Positions 37,401 through 52,400 of a stretch of DNA of 64,000 nucleotides are shown here, one piece after another. Numbering within the stretch: the first letter of the stretch is position 1; each line of letters begins with the position of its first letter. Source of the stretch: Eledone cirrhosa (lineage: Eukaryota); assembly GCA_964016885.1 (NCBI GenBank), contig OZ024743.1, positions 296,856,001-296,920,000 of the forward strand, in the 5' to 3' direction. Under the pieces are notes generated by a model. It had not been told where the DNA came from and searched no databases. It was given only the letters and a program-made list of their open reading frames with translations. The translations under genes and the position numbers were made by a program.

Positions 37401-40400
37401 TGCTAACTCTTCAGTACTGTTGTTGCTGCTACCACCATCACCAACACTGCTGTTGTTGCTAACACTACAGTATTATTGTTGCTATCACTACAAAGTTGTT
37501 GCTAAGACTACAGTAATATTGTTACCACCACCACAACACTATCATTGCCAACACTACAGCAGTATTATTGCCAACACTACAGCAGTATTATTGCCAACAC
37601 TACATTACTATTGTTGCCAACACTATAACACAATTGTTGCTATAGTACAGCACAGCTGTTGCTAATACTAACACTATTGTTAACAATACACTGTTATTGT
37701 TGCTATCACTACAGTACTATTATTGCCAGTACTACTATTGCCAGTACTAGAGCACTATTGTTGCTACCACTACAGTATTATTATTGCCAGTACTACATCA
37801 CTATTGTTGCTACTACTGCAATACTATTATTGCCAGTACTACAGCACTATTGTTGTTTCCAGACGCAAAAGAGCATGGGCGAAGCAACTTTTCTACTACA
37901 CTACTATTATTGCCAGTACTACAGCACCATTGTTGCTACCACTACAGTACTATTATTGCCAGTACTATAGCACTATTGTGCTACCACCACAGACCTAATT
38001 GATGTTACTACCAATTACAAAACCATAGTTGTCAAGACTGTAACACTATTGTTACTAATATCACTAGTATAACAAACTAGACTATATACGCGCCTTAGTA
38101 TACATAAACAATTCCAATCATAGTTATTTTTTACAGCAATAATTATTTCATAACCACAAAGATATGGTCCGAACGTGGAAGAGCCGAACTTCCACTATCA
38201 TTGCCTCCATCTCTCTTGCCACCCCCATCTCTCTGTATGGTGAGCCAATGGGGTCCCACATGCTGGCCTGCCCACAGCCCCATGGACAGAATGGAGAAGC
38301 CATTTCCCCGGAGGATGGTAAGGGAGATAGAATGCAAGTATTGTAGATCAACAAGAAACATGCATTTACTGTACACTACAGCATTATTGTTGATAATAGT
38401 TCATATAGAATAAGTCTGATAGCTCAACAGCCTCGTACATATATTTTATATAGATTACATGCCATTGTGTTAATACAAATAGTCATATGTTGACAACAAA
38501 ACTATGTGCCAACTACCTCATGGAACACACGTGGGTGTCAACTAACATCATTACCTATTTAACTGCAAATAACAAATGCATGTGTATTTGTATGGTGGTA
38601 GTGGGAGAGATGAAAGAAGAGAGGTGGGTGAAAGAGTAGAAGAATTATTTTCTAATTACACTTAATTTCAAAACGCTACTTAAAGTGTTGGCATTGTAGA
38701 ATAACAATCCACAGTAACTCCTCAATTCTTTGCAAGTTTTCTTAAAAAGTTGCGTTGATTTTTTTTTTTTCTTTGAAAATTTGTAATTAGAGTGTTATAA
38801 AGAATGAGTTTATTCAAAAGCTAAATAATAAAATAACAGAGAAAAGGATGGTAAATATTTAATGTTGGCATTGTAGAATACTTATAGGAATTAGTATTGG
38901 ATAGTAGTTTACTTAACAGACTGTTCCAAGCTAGGAACTACTGAGCTCTGTAAGCAGAAAGATAAAAGGCATCTCTTTCTAGGTTTTTTTATCAACTGAA
39001 CATGTTTTGTGATATATATTTTATAAAAGTTCAGGCTTTATACTATATAGTATGTGTTCCAATTTGTTATAGATGTCACACCTCTCCCTCTTTCTCTCTC
39101 TCTCTATATGTATATATAATTTTCTCTTCTTTCTATTTACTTTTTATCTCTATACATATCATTTAATGTCCGTTTTCCTTACAGTTTATAGGTGTATGTG
39201 AGAGAGAGAGAGAGTCGATGAATTGGCAGAATTGTTAAAACATTGGTTTAAATGCCTCTCAGTATTTGTTCTGTGTTTTCTGAGTTCAAATCCTGCTGAG
39301 GTCTTTCATCTCCTCGGTACTTACTTTCATAGCTTATTCCATTATTGCTGTATGTGTGTTGATTTTGTTATATATATAAATGGATGTAAAAGGGCAATAA
39401 TGGTTTATATGTGCTGGTACCACAATAAAATACACCGAAGTACACTTTGTAAAGAGGGTGGTGATAGGAAGGGCATCTAGCTGTGGAAACCATGCCAAAC
39501 AAAGGGTTGAAGTGACTCTCAGTTGTGTTAAAGGCATGACAACCTCTCTTGTGTTGGTACCACGATAAAATACACCCAGTACTCTCTGTAAAATGGTTTT
39601 TAATAGGAAGGGTATCTAACTGTAGAAACAATACCAAAACCATAATGTGAGATATGGGCAACTGACCTGTCAATGAGAGGACAATAACTTTAAGTATTGA
39701 TTTGCTTTGTTAAATGATGATATATACTATCATCATTATTTTACATCAGTGTTTCATACTACCATGAGTTGGTTGAGTTGTCATGTTTGCACAGACAAGT
39801 CAGGTGACCACGTCTTGCTCATATGTTCCAGTTTGGCATAGTTTCTACAGGTGGGTGACATTCCTAGCACCAACAACTTTACAATGTGTACTGGGTGCAT
39901 TTTATTGGGGAACTAGTACTATCACTTTACTGAGTTGGCTTGGTGCTATTCATCATGAGAACAGTACTACCACTTTACAGAGTTGGTAATAGAGTAGTAA
40001 GATGTGAGCATTGCAGGAGTGGTACTGTACAAACAGTGGCAAGAAGGAGAGTGTGTATGGGAGTAGGTGTCAGGCTGTGGGTGTGGTTTGATAGACACAC
40101 ACACACACACGTGCACACACACACATACATATATGGTAAAGTTGGAAGAGTACTCTATCTGTGGGTCCCAAATCTTCAACCTGTATTGACACCATTTTGT
40201 GAATGGTATCAATATAGACTGAGGATTCGGGGCCCGTCTCAGAAAAATCTGAAACATGTGGCCGAATAAATGTTTGTACCTAAATGAGAGCATGTAATAA
40301 ATATATATATATAAACTTGAACATAAATTATTCCCCTTTGTCTCTCTCTGTAATCAACTCTCTTTTGTCTTTCGAGGCTGCTACTAACTATATTATCCCA

Positions 40401-43400
40401 TCAGCTGTTTCTTCCTCTATGCTTTCCTTTCTTTCCTCTTTCTTCAGTAATTTAAATTTTTTAACAGTTATATATGCCCCCACACCCCCCACCGCAAGGT
40501 GGTCGTGGAGGTGCCATGGCAAAAAAGCACCCAGCCCACACTGTAAAGTGGACGTGTAGGCGCCACGAAAAAGCACCCAGCACTCACTGTAAATGAGGTT
40601 GGTGTTAGGAAGGGCATCCAGCTGTAGAAGTCAAGCCAGATCAGTTCCTGTATGAGCAAGGCATGGTCAGCCGACCAGACACTGCCCACAACAGGACAAC
40701 CCGTCTAACCCATGCTAGCGTGGAAGAACGGACGTAAAATGGTGATGATGATGATTGATGCCATGTATTTTTTAAGCTGTCTCACACGCACCCTCTCTAT
40801 TGTATGTATTATATATTTTTCTCATCATCATCATCGTTTAACGTCCATCTTCCACACTTGCATGGGTTTGGACGGGAATTTTCCCACTTGAGGCAAGATT
40901 GGTTGTCTTGCTCGTATAGGACTGTCTGGCGGGTTTTCTACGGCTGGATGCCCTTCCTAACACCAACCACGTTTACAGTGTGGACTGGGAGGTTTTTACC
41001 GTGTTACCTACACGGCCACATTACAGCGTGGACTGTGTGTTTTTTTGTCGTGGCACCTACACGACCTCATTTATTTCGGACTGGATGTTGTGGTACCAAC
41101 ATAACTTTACATTGAAAGAGGTGGGGGGTAGTGGGACGGGGGTGTATTTTTGTTAGAGGTGCCTACTGACTGTAAGTTTCGCTTTGCACTTCGGCAAGGC
41201 GGGTCTTCTGTGTTACTGTGTAGCGCCAGAGATCTTGGTCCAGTGACATTGTCTTGGAGAGGTGTAAGTGTGTGAGGTCGGAATTTATCAAGTCATCCCA
41301 GGTTTTTCTGGGTCTGCCTACTCCGTGGCTACTGTCTATTTTTATCGGCCTGCACTTTTTTCATGTTCTCAATATTAAGGTATATAAATATTGAGTTTTG
41401 TCATGTATTACTCACTACCATGACTGAATCTTAACCATCTACTATGTCAGGGTATGTCATGCATCATCTTATTTTATCTGATGAGGACGTACTGAAATAT
41501 GTATAATAAAATATACTTGATCACAAGAATATCTATTTTGTTAATATTTTGAATTAATATTAATAACTCTGGAAAACCATTCTGTTGAGTGCTTCCAATC
41601 TATTGTAAAACTCTTTCTTTGATTTATTCATTGAACCTTGTTTAACTTTTAAATATATATATATATATAAGGAAAAGAAATTGAAAAATATTTATTTACT
41701 TTATCGATTTCACAGTTCTTATGATTATCAAAAGTAAAATTGAGATGGAGGGTTTGTGTGTCTGTTGTGTGTCTTGCATCTAACTGGATTTTGAAAATTC
41801 TTTGTTTTATACAAAAAAAAAAAAAAAAAATAGTGGCTCGGATTGTTATTTGTTTAAAATGGAATTTTGTTGGTTGATGACAGTCATCTGATTAGGTACA
41901 GTAATTTTCACACTAGAAAAACTGGCACAAAATTGCTATTTGCCATTTTATTTGTTGGTAACAGTCACATGATTAGGCTTAGTAATTTTTGCACAAAAAA
42001 AAGATGGTCAGAAAGTGAGAGAAGAGTTGAAAAATCGGAGTTTTCTGGTTCAGTGAGTATGGCTGATGTTGAAGTGCTGAGGAATGTCAGATTTTAAGAG
42101 GTGTCAAATTTCAGAATTCCTATTGTAGTTGAATGTAGAAGGAATTGGTTTAGTGACTGGATGAATCATAAGTAACCAGGCAGTCAATGCATTTTTATTG
42201 CAAATTTCACAGATAACCTTTTGAACATCTGCTTATTTGTGTTTGGTTATCCAAGTTTTGTGCATTTTCTTATATTCTTAAAACTAGTTCTGTTTGATGT
42301 ATTTATAATTTCATACTGTATAACCAGAATTTGAATAACTATCATTCGGAATATAAATGTTAGACTGCCTGGTTACTTATGACTCACCTTGTATAGATTT
42401 AAAAAAATTAAAGTATTTTGGAGATGATTTTTTTATCAGTTACAAAATCATTCATTTGATCTTTTGTTATTCACTACAAAAACACAGCAATAATAGTGTC
42501 ACTATTATCACCTCATTCTGAAGATGAGACTGTGACATTTGCAAAATGATATTAAATTTAGGAATGCTAATGTTCCAAACTAAGCTTAGGAGACTAATAA
42601 GGAAATATTTAAAAAATCACGTCTAGAAGATTAAACTGAAATGTAGTTATGTTGTCAATGTAACATGCTTGAAATAAAATTTGTTCTCTATATATAAATA
42701 TATAAGCATAACTGTATGGTTAAGAAGTTCACTTCGAAACCATGTGGTTTTGATTCAGTCCCATTGGATGGCACCTTATGCAAGTACGTTCTACTTTAAC
42801 CATATGTTGTAAGTGAAATTTGGTAGATAAATACTGTGGAAGCACATAATTTATATACAGGTGTGTGTGAATATGTGATTGTGGGTACATGTATATGTTT
42901 AAGGCTCATAAGTGAGTATTTTGACAAATAGATTCAATAAACGAATAGACTTTTGAAAAATAAATACTGGGCTTGATACAATAAAAATTTCTGAAACCAG
43001 TAAAAGATGTGTGTGTGTGTGTGGCACCAGCGATGATGTTATATTGTCTTCATAGCCAAGTTATTAAGACATTTGCTTCAAAATTACAAGATCTGGGTTC
43101 AATCACACTGTGTGGCATCTTGGGTAAATGTCATTTACCATAGCCTTGTGGCCACCCAACTTATGCAAGTGAAATTGTGTTTACAGAAACTTGTTTGGAA
43201 TCCGGTTAAATGGATTGTACCTGTAATTCAAAGGGTCAGCTTTTTCATACAGTGTGTTATGTTAGATCTTTTTTCAAATTATGTTTATGGTATATGTGTA
43301 TGTGGAATACTCAACTGCTTGCATGTTAATTTCTGGGTTAATTTCACAAGCAGGCTATTCCATTGATCAAACAATTGGAACACTCATCGTTGAAACCAAC

Positions 43401-46400
43401 AGAGATCCATTTACATTTTTTTAAACACTTTTAAATCTTACTACACATAGACATTTGCTACATGAAAAATTACTTTTATACTCCTGACAAGAGATATGTA
43501 TGCTAATATTAATCTTGTTTTGTAAAGACATTTAAATGACTTGTATCATAATCTGCTTTCTTTTTGTGAATGTTGTTATAAATACAGTCTTCATCTATGC
43601 AGTCAACATTTTCTTCATCTATGCAGTCAACATGATTGCTGGCTTCTCGATTAGCTTGAAGCAGTATGTTTTTATTTCATTGTATTTTATATATCTTTAT
43701 TTTTAGTGATAATAAAACACTGCATCAGTTATTGACAACAGGCTTCCTAAAATCTATTTTGATTAAACTGGTGATTATATATATATATATATATGTTTAT
43801 GTTAGTTAAGTGTGTAACTACAGTTACAGGCAGTGCACCGTTCAAAGCACTCAATGCTGTTACAAGGTCCGTCTCGTGTTGGTTTGTATTCCAGAGTTAA
43901 GGCGGCTGTAGTGTGAGAGTATAAATAAAGTAAATAGGATCGAAGTCAGTATTGCAGCATATTACAATTGTTTCAATATTGATCAGCTCAGGGTAAAATC
44001 ATAACGACTGGGGCTCAACTCTTCCTCGACAGCTCAGATATGTAAGTTTATATGAGCAAAGACACATCCAAAATATATGTTTTAACAGTGACTTTGATCC
44101 TCTTCTCATGTGCATAGGTTGAAGCATATATCTAGTATGCACTACTCTAGCCTTGAGACAGACTTTAGACTTTTTCTATGACTAACTGTTTCTTTTTCAT
44201 TCTGGTCATTGTTGAGACCCCAGGTGTCCTCGGTTCTCCAATCTGCTGATTTCCTCTGTAAAATCAGAAAGACAGCAGCTTGCCTGAGGAAAGAGTCCCT
44301 TGCAGTGGGTGTTGCTGGCTACTCTCTGTGGAAATGCCTTCACCATTTGCTTGCAGGGCACAGCTTAAATATACCACTGACACTGGGGTGCAGAGCCTGT
44401 CACTCCCTTATCTTTTCCTTTCCTGTCATTGCTTAACTTTTTTCTTTTTCTTTCTATTTCGTTATCTATAAATGGGCCAGAATTGTTAATAAAACATTTG
44501 GTTTCATAGAATACTGTTTGATTACTCTCCAATAGTTATCTTCCAAATCTTGTTTATGTGGCAGCAGATAAAATCAAATTGCGATTTTGCACACAAGGTC
44601 AAAATGTGGAATATTTGATTAAAATCTACTTATATTGTCTCTGGAGGAAAGAAAAGAAAAGTTGTTTTTTGACAGGATTTGAACTTAGTATGTATAAAAC
44701 TGTAACTAGTTATTGTATTTTTTTTTCATCTAGCACTTAACTATTTCTGTATGTCTATTGCATTCTAAAATAAATGGTAATGGGAACATTCATAATGATA
44801 GCATTCAACAAACCACACAACACAAAATATATATAATCTATAGTTTAGAGAATATTCCACCCAACTGATATTTATGATTTTACTAATGTTGTTAGTGATG
44901 CTGTGAACAAATAAATAATAATAACAATAAAAAGAGATGAGATTTGTGAAATCTTATAAAATAAAAAAGAAAAATATCCATTTTGTAAAGATATTCCTTA
45001 TCTATGTACCATCTTATTGATTTCATTGTTGATTTCGAATATAAAAACTAAACATAGCACAGGTATAGCTATTGACGTTTGCCGTGTAATTACTACTATT
45101 ACTTTTAGCTTCGTTGAACAGCTAATTAGATTTTCGCTAAATCTACCAACTAAAAATTCTATGTAATTCCTCATAACAACAAACTGTTGTCAGCCAGACT
45201 GTCTAGTCTTATTGTGATATCAATGTATTATTACATTTAAAGACTGGCAGTTTATATATGTATGTATGTATATTATTATTATGCAATAATATGGCTAACA
45301 TTAATACATTATCAGCCCCACCATTTCCTTCTTACCACAAATACATTGTTCGAGATTAACAGAAATGTTGGATGTATCAAGTTATTCTGAAGTTAACAAA
45401 CTATCACTTAACCATTCTCTGAAGCTGAGTTATTGATTTAGCTCAAATGCTATTTGCATGGATAAGAGAAGTAATGTGGACTATTGAATTGACTGGTACC
45501 TCTTTTATTAAAATGATGTACCATATACACTTGAATATAAGTTGGTAACCCCCTATTTTAGGACCGAGAAATGGGTAAAAATCCAAACCCTATATATAAG
45601 CTGAAGCAATTATTCATTACATTGTTTAGATGGCATATGCAAGCAAACCCCCCCCCCCCCATTTTACCATCAATTTTTTTTGTGTCACATATTCCTTGGC
45701 TTGTATTCGAGTATATACTGTAAATGTAATGGGCACAACGTATCCAAATGGGTAACCCTTTTGATATCACTCCACCTGAGATCAACACTGGTTTTATGAT
45801 AAACAAATTTCTGTTTTAACACTTTTGACATCAAACTACCTGAAACACTCCTTCTAGCAGGTCCTGGCAGAAGCAACCATCTCCAACTAATCCGGCTGGA
45901 TCCCCAAACAAGACCAGCCAAGCTCATGGATGTTATCCAACCATCTTGCTTGGGTCTACTCCTGGGTATCTTGCCGATTGGTTTTGCCCATAAAATTTGT
46001 CCAGCGATTCTTTCATGAGACATTATAACCACATGCCCATAGTATAGGAACTGTGTATTCTTAATTGTTTATTTTCAAAATTCATTGAGAAACATAGGCA
46101 GTGTATTTCAATAGAAATATGGTAATGAAATGGTTTAAAGTGTTTGTATATAATGTAGGAGTGATATGTAAGGAATGATATGTAAGCCTTCTAAATTTTA
46201 TGTAAGAACGTGATGTTATGTTCCAATTTCCTCCAAATTCTTGATTATTTTGTGAAGTAACTGAAGTATTTCATTAGAAATATGGTCTTAAAAGGGTTAT
46301 TAATATGTTTTCTTCACAATTATGGAGTTTTGGGTTTGATCCCATTGTGTGGCATTTTGTGCCAAACTTTTGAATGAAATTGGGTAAACAGAAACTGTTT

Positions 46401-49400
46401 GGAAACCCTCCGAATGAACTTTAACTGCATTTCAAAGAGCTCTATTAAAATGAATCTCCCTGTGAATTACTTTAATAGTACTCCCATCTGGGGAATATCC
46501 AGCCACTTATATGTTAATTTAACGATTTGACTCTTTTGTTGATCAAACAACTGTAACATCACTCATCCACTCATAAAGTAAACAAGGCTCTTCAGTCAAG
46601 TTAATTATGATAACCTCCTTAGTGCTGGTACCATGATAATACACCCAGTACACTCAATAAAGTGGTCGGTGTTTGGAAGTGTATCCAGTCATACAAATGC
46701 TCACCAATCACCAAACAAAGAGTAGAGAGAACTCTTCACATGTGCCAGTGATGGTCCCATAATAAAATGTACACGATACACTCTGTAGAGTACAGAAATG
46801 TATGTAAAGGAGATGTAAGCCTTCGCCTCCCAAAGAAACTGTCCGAGAGGTCAGTGGCTGTGTCTAAGTACTGATTTAATCTGTGGTGATCTGATCAACC
46901 TTTGCTAGCAGGGAGAAGGGATGTTAAATGATGATTCCGGTTTAGAATAAGTACAACGTATTCTTGCATATTATAAGAAGCATCTAAAAAGGTTGGTGTC
47001 AGGAAAGGCATCTGGCTGTAAAACATTGCCTCAAAAAGTCCTATCCAGCCCATGCCAGGATGGAAAAGTCGCTGTAAAAATGACGATGATGAAGATATAT
47101 GAAGGAGAGAAATAGGCAAGCACAAGCATGATAGGTATAAGCTTTACAATCATACGGTTTAAAGTTCTATCCCATTGCATACCACCTTGGGCAAGTCTTC
47201 AACTATAGCCTCAAGCCTTATGAGTGAATTTGGTAAGCAGAAACTATATGGAAGCATAAACAACATGCCTCCTGTCTTAGTGGCTAGACATGTGAAGATC
47301 AGTATCTATTTAAAAAACAGGACAGTTGATATCTAGTTGTAGAATACTGGTTCATAAAGGTTTATCCAACCCATGCCAGCATTCAAAGTGAATGTAAAAA
47401 TGATAATGATGATGGGGCTGTTAATATTGGTGGTAGTGGTCTTAGTTTTGGTTCTGATGATGCTACTGCTGATAATGACAATGACTACTGTAGTGTGTAT
47501 TCTAAAAAGAAATGTCTGTCTCGAGCCTGAAGGCTCATCAGGCTCGTGCTTATCCTGGTTTCTGTGGTGTTAAGTGACTGAGAATGTGGGACATCTCCCT
47601 TGGACAGGACACCAGTCCATAGCAGGATTCCCCCCCCCCCCCCCAGCTTCTGCTGGTACCCATTTGCAGCAAAGTAAACTGGAGCAACGTGAAATGAAGT
47701 GTTTTTACTCACAAACACACAACACAACCCAGTCCAGGAATTGAACCCACAGCATTATGATCATAAATCTAACACACTTACCACTAGTGTGTATTACATT
47801 GTAAAAAATAGGATCTTGGTGATTTGTGTTTGTCATGTAGTTTCTCTATTGTTCTTTATTAAAGTTTTAAATATTGTTTTATACTTACTTTTATACCATT
47901 TTATCTATTTAAAAAAATATTTAGTTATGGATGGATCCCGAAAGGAAACTTCATTGCTGCTTACCCCAAAGATTGTGCCACGTCCCTTGTTTACACTGTC
48001 AACCTGGTGAAACCTGGCTCTGTAACATTTGAATACCAGTTTTCTGAATCAGCTTCTTTGCTTCAGTTTCTGGTAAGTTTATAACTCTACTGAAATATTT
48101 ATTTTGTATTTTGTATTTTTCATAAAAGTACCATTGGTGGACCAGTGACAACAGTAGATCAGTTTTATAAGGGAAGATACCATACTTTCTTGTGTATAAG
48201 ATGCACTTTTTTTTATATTTTACCTAAAATTTTTATGGGAAAATCTACCTGTGTCCTATACACAGAAGGTATGAATATAATATAATATAATAATACTAAT
48301 TTCTAATTTAGGCACAAGGTCAGCAATTTTGGGGAAAGAGGAAAGTCAATTATATTGATCCCAGTACTTGACTGGTATATTTTATTGACTTCAAAATAAG
48401 CTTATGTTATACAGCTTACTACATTAGTTTATATAGATTACGAGGGTCGGCTGAAAAGTTCATAGGTTGACTATGAAAGATTGATGCTAGAGCTGTGAAA
48501 TCTTGTCTGCATTAATTTCAACTAATCTTATTAATAACTGCAATGTTTCTTTCAGGGACTATGTTGAAAAATAAACTTCATTCCAGAAGAGTCAACCCTA
48601 CATTAGTTTATATTATATTATAGTAGAGCAGATATGAAAATATATAGTCTTTGTGATTGTATGTCATGAATTGTTGGTAATTTTAATTATTCTGTCATTA
48701 GTATTTGTTTATGTAAAAATATGTATTAATTTATTTTCCCAGATACAAAATAGTCAGTGCCAAAATCTGGTGAGGGACCGACCAAACCAATATCCTCCTG
48801 CAACAGAGAAAGGCCAATGGAATATTGTCACAGTAAGTTATTTTTTAGTGTTAGCATAGGTATGAAAGGATTAACAAGTGAGCTACTACATATAAATTAC
48901 AATAGCATTAGTAGCTGAATGGTTAATCATCAAAATCCATTTTCCCTGCTAGCAAAAGGTTGGACAAGTCATCACTGACAACTCAGTAACTAATGGATGC
49001 CAGTGACCTCGCAGACAGGCTCGGGGTTACATCTTGTTTACATATATTTCCGTATTTTACAGAGTGTACTTGGCATGTTTTATCATAACACCATCACTAA
49101 GGAGGTTGTCGTATTTTCGGTATAATTGAAGAGTCCTCTGGACATTTTGTTTGGTAAGTTTTCTATGGCTGGTTGCCCTTCCTATCAATCACCACTTTAC
49201 AGAATATACTGATTGTGTTTTATCATGACTCCAACAGTAAGAAGGTTGTTGTATCATTAAGGGAGGCTGCATCTCACTCATGCATGTTTCTACACTTTAT
49301 AGACTGTACTAGGTGTATTTTATCATGGCACCAGCATTAGGGAGGTTGTCATACTCATGACACAACTAAAGAATCTTGTCAATCCTTTGTTTGGTAAGTT

Positions 49401-52400
49401 TTCTATGGCTGGATGCCAACTACTTTACAGGGTGTACTGCACCGGCATTAGAGAGGTTATCATTTTTGTAAGGTGACAAAAGAGTCCTCAAATCTTTTAT
49501 ATATAAATATATAATTGCAATAAATAACTATAAGCTATATATCTCCCTGAGAGCAAAAGAGTCAGCTTCATGGCTTTTGAGGAGAACAAGATCAGTTTGA
49601 AAGTTAGTTATGTTAATCCTGTTTTTATATCCACAGAAGAGATAACAGAAAAGCATTTAAATACATTTGTTAAAAAAAAAAGCATTAACAAACAACACCA
49701 CAAGTAACTAATAGCTAATATGAGGATATCCTTAGCATGGATGGAAAAATATACTCTGTAAAGTGGTTGGTGATCAAACAGACTATATAGGATAGGATTC
49801 TCCAGTCATGCTGAGTGCATGACAACCTCTCTAGAGCTGGTGCTATGATGAAATGCACTCAGTACACAGTGTAAAGTGTTAGAGCTGGTGCCCTGATAAA
49901 ATACACCCAGTACACTCTGAAAAAGCTGTAGGCTGGTTTCACTAAGTGTACCTGGTATACTCAATAAAGTTGTTAGCATTAGGAAGGGTATGTTGCTATA
50001 GAAACTATACCAAATATGGAATGTATGAGCTAGATGTGGTTCTTCAACCAGTCTAGTCTTGGAACTTGATGACTCTTCAAACCCATACCAGCATGAAAAG
50101 CAAGTATACAATTTTGATGAGGATGACATTTCTGAAGTAGAAATCCTGATAAAACGCTAAATGTTTTCTTTTTGTTTTTTAGTTACATTTGGAGTCTGGC
50201 ATGAATGTCCTTTTCTGGAAAGCTTTTAGTTTACCATCAAATGAGAATGATGAAACTGTTATGAGACCAGTTCTAATAAGGAAGATTCAAGTAGAAGGTG
50301 AACAAATTTTAATTCATGTATTTTTGCTATTTGTATGTTCTATGTGATGATAATATTATAGGATTGTCAGAAATAAGTGTGGCAAATTGGCAGAATTCGT
50401 ATAGCATCAGTTAAAATGCCAATGGGATATTTGTTCTGGCTCTTTACATTCTGAATTTAAATCCTACCGAAGTCAATTTTGCCTTTCATCTCTCCGGTCT
50501 TAATAAAAAAAAAATATCATTCAAGTACTGCGGTTGATTTAATCATCATTGCCCTTCTCCCAAATTTGCTAGTATTGTACCTAAATTAAAAATCAATAAT
50601 ATATTACTTTTTGTGAAGTTGTGGGGCTTTGTGGTTAGGGTGCTCAGCTCACAGTCTTAAAGTCATGAGTTTGATTCCTGGTGGTGTGTTGTATCTTTGA
50701 GCAAGACACATCATTTCTCGTTACTCCAGTCCGTTCAGCTGGTAAAATTAGGTTGTACTTGTGAATCAAAGGGCCAGCCTTATCACACACTCTATCACAC
50801 TGACTTTGTCTTAGAATTTTGTTAAGGATACGAGAATCTGTGGAATGCTCAGCCACATTCATATTATTCGCATGCGCAATTTCATGAGCAGGCTGTTCTC
50901 GTATGAACAACTGAAACATTCGTTGTTGGAATAGCTAGGGTCCAACACACACACACACACTCATACACCATCTTTTGATGCTTCTGTAACCTCTGACATT
51001 GTGTATTACTATTAATACTTGGATTGTCAGAATCAGTAGAGCATTGGAGAAAATGCTTTGTGGCATTTAGTGACAGCTCTTTACATTTGGAGTTCAAATT
51101 CTGCCAAGCTCAACTTAGTCTTTCATCCTTTCAATACAACCCCCCCCCCCCCACCTCACCTCAAATTGCTGGCCTTGTTCCAGTGTTAGAAATAATAATT
51201 AATATTATTATTTATTAATTAGAAACTCCCACAATCTTTAGCAACAGTTGGCACCTTGCCCCTGGTGTTGGGTGTTGGGCTTCCATCAGTTTTGCTGATG
51301 GGTGTTCCACTTGTTTGGTCAATAGAACAGCTTGCTTGTGAAATTAATATGCAAGTAGCCGAGCATACTGTAGACATGTGTACCCTTAATTCACAGGGGG
51401 ATTCAGCACTATATGGTATGTGACAAGGCTGGTCTTTTGAATAACATGTATAGCTCATTTTTCTCTGTCTGAATTGACTGGAGTAATATGAAATAAAGTA
51501 TTTTGCTCAAGAACACAACCATTGTTGAAAATAGAACTCCTGACCTTACAATCATGAGTTGAACACCCTAACCACAATACCATGCACCTTCACTGCCCCA
51601 TGTGTAATGTTAAAATAAACATGATGCTATACAGATAATTCATATATTTATTGATGAATATATAATGTTAAGTGAAGGTGTGTAAATTAGTCATTAGAGC
51701 GTTGGATTTACAATTGTGAGGTTGTGCCTGGAAAGAAACAATGCAGTTATTAATAAGAAGAGTTGAAATTAATGTATGCAAGATTTCACAGATCTAGCAT
51801 CATTCATTCATAGTCAGCCTATGAACTTTCCAGCCAACCCTCGTATATCTGGCTCTGTAGTTTTGAATATTCAACTACATATGCAGGATATCGTCTTTCC
51901 ACAAAAAACAATTTCACATCATCACTACATTGAATTCTAAAATAAGTATAAATCTTACCTTGATTAAGTAGAACATTATGGAGTATGTATTATTTCTATA
52001 GACATTTATATAACAGCAGTAATATTTGAAATAGTATATCAATTGTTATATTAGTATCAACTAACAATTGTTGTTTTCTTTATCAGGGGTGGCATTTAGT
52101 TCGGAATGTACGAAATGTCGCAATGGTACCTACAGTAATGGCACTGGGTCATCATTCTGCAAACCATGTCCAGAAAACACCTATTCCAAGCGAGGAGCTA
52201 TTGAATGTACACTATGTGATACAGTGTCAGAGTATTCATGTAAGTTGTTTGTTTTTATTTTTCCAATATATGATGTCATGGTTTTATTAAAACTGCCTGT
52301 CAGTTATATATATATATGTTTCTAGAACTTGATGTGTGTGTGTGTGTGCTTGTAGTACTGTTGCTCTGATAAAATGTATCTAGTGTGTTGTGTAAAGTTG

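Noticed and set aside
38143-38413. GC-richer segment with overlapping ORFs as an extra exon
   Set aside because: No recognisable motif, and exons B and C already join in frame without a gap relative to the family.
43800-44087. Solo LTR (TGTTA...TAACA with AATAAA)
   Set aside because: No matching TSD at the TG...CA ends; the alternative GTTTA duplication gives an end without CA.
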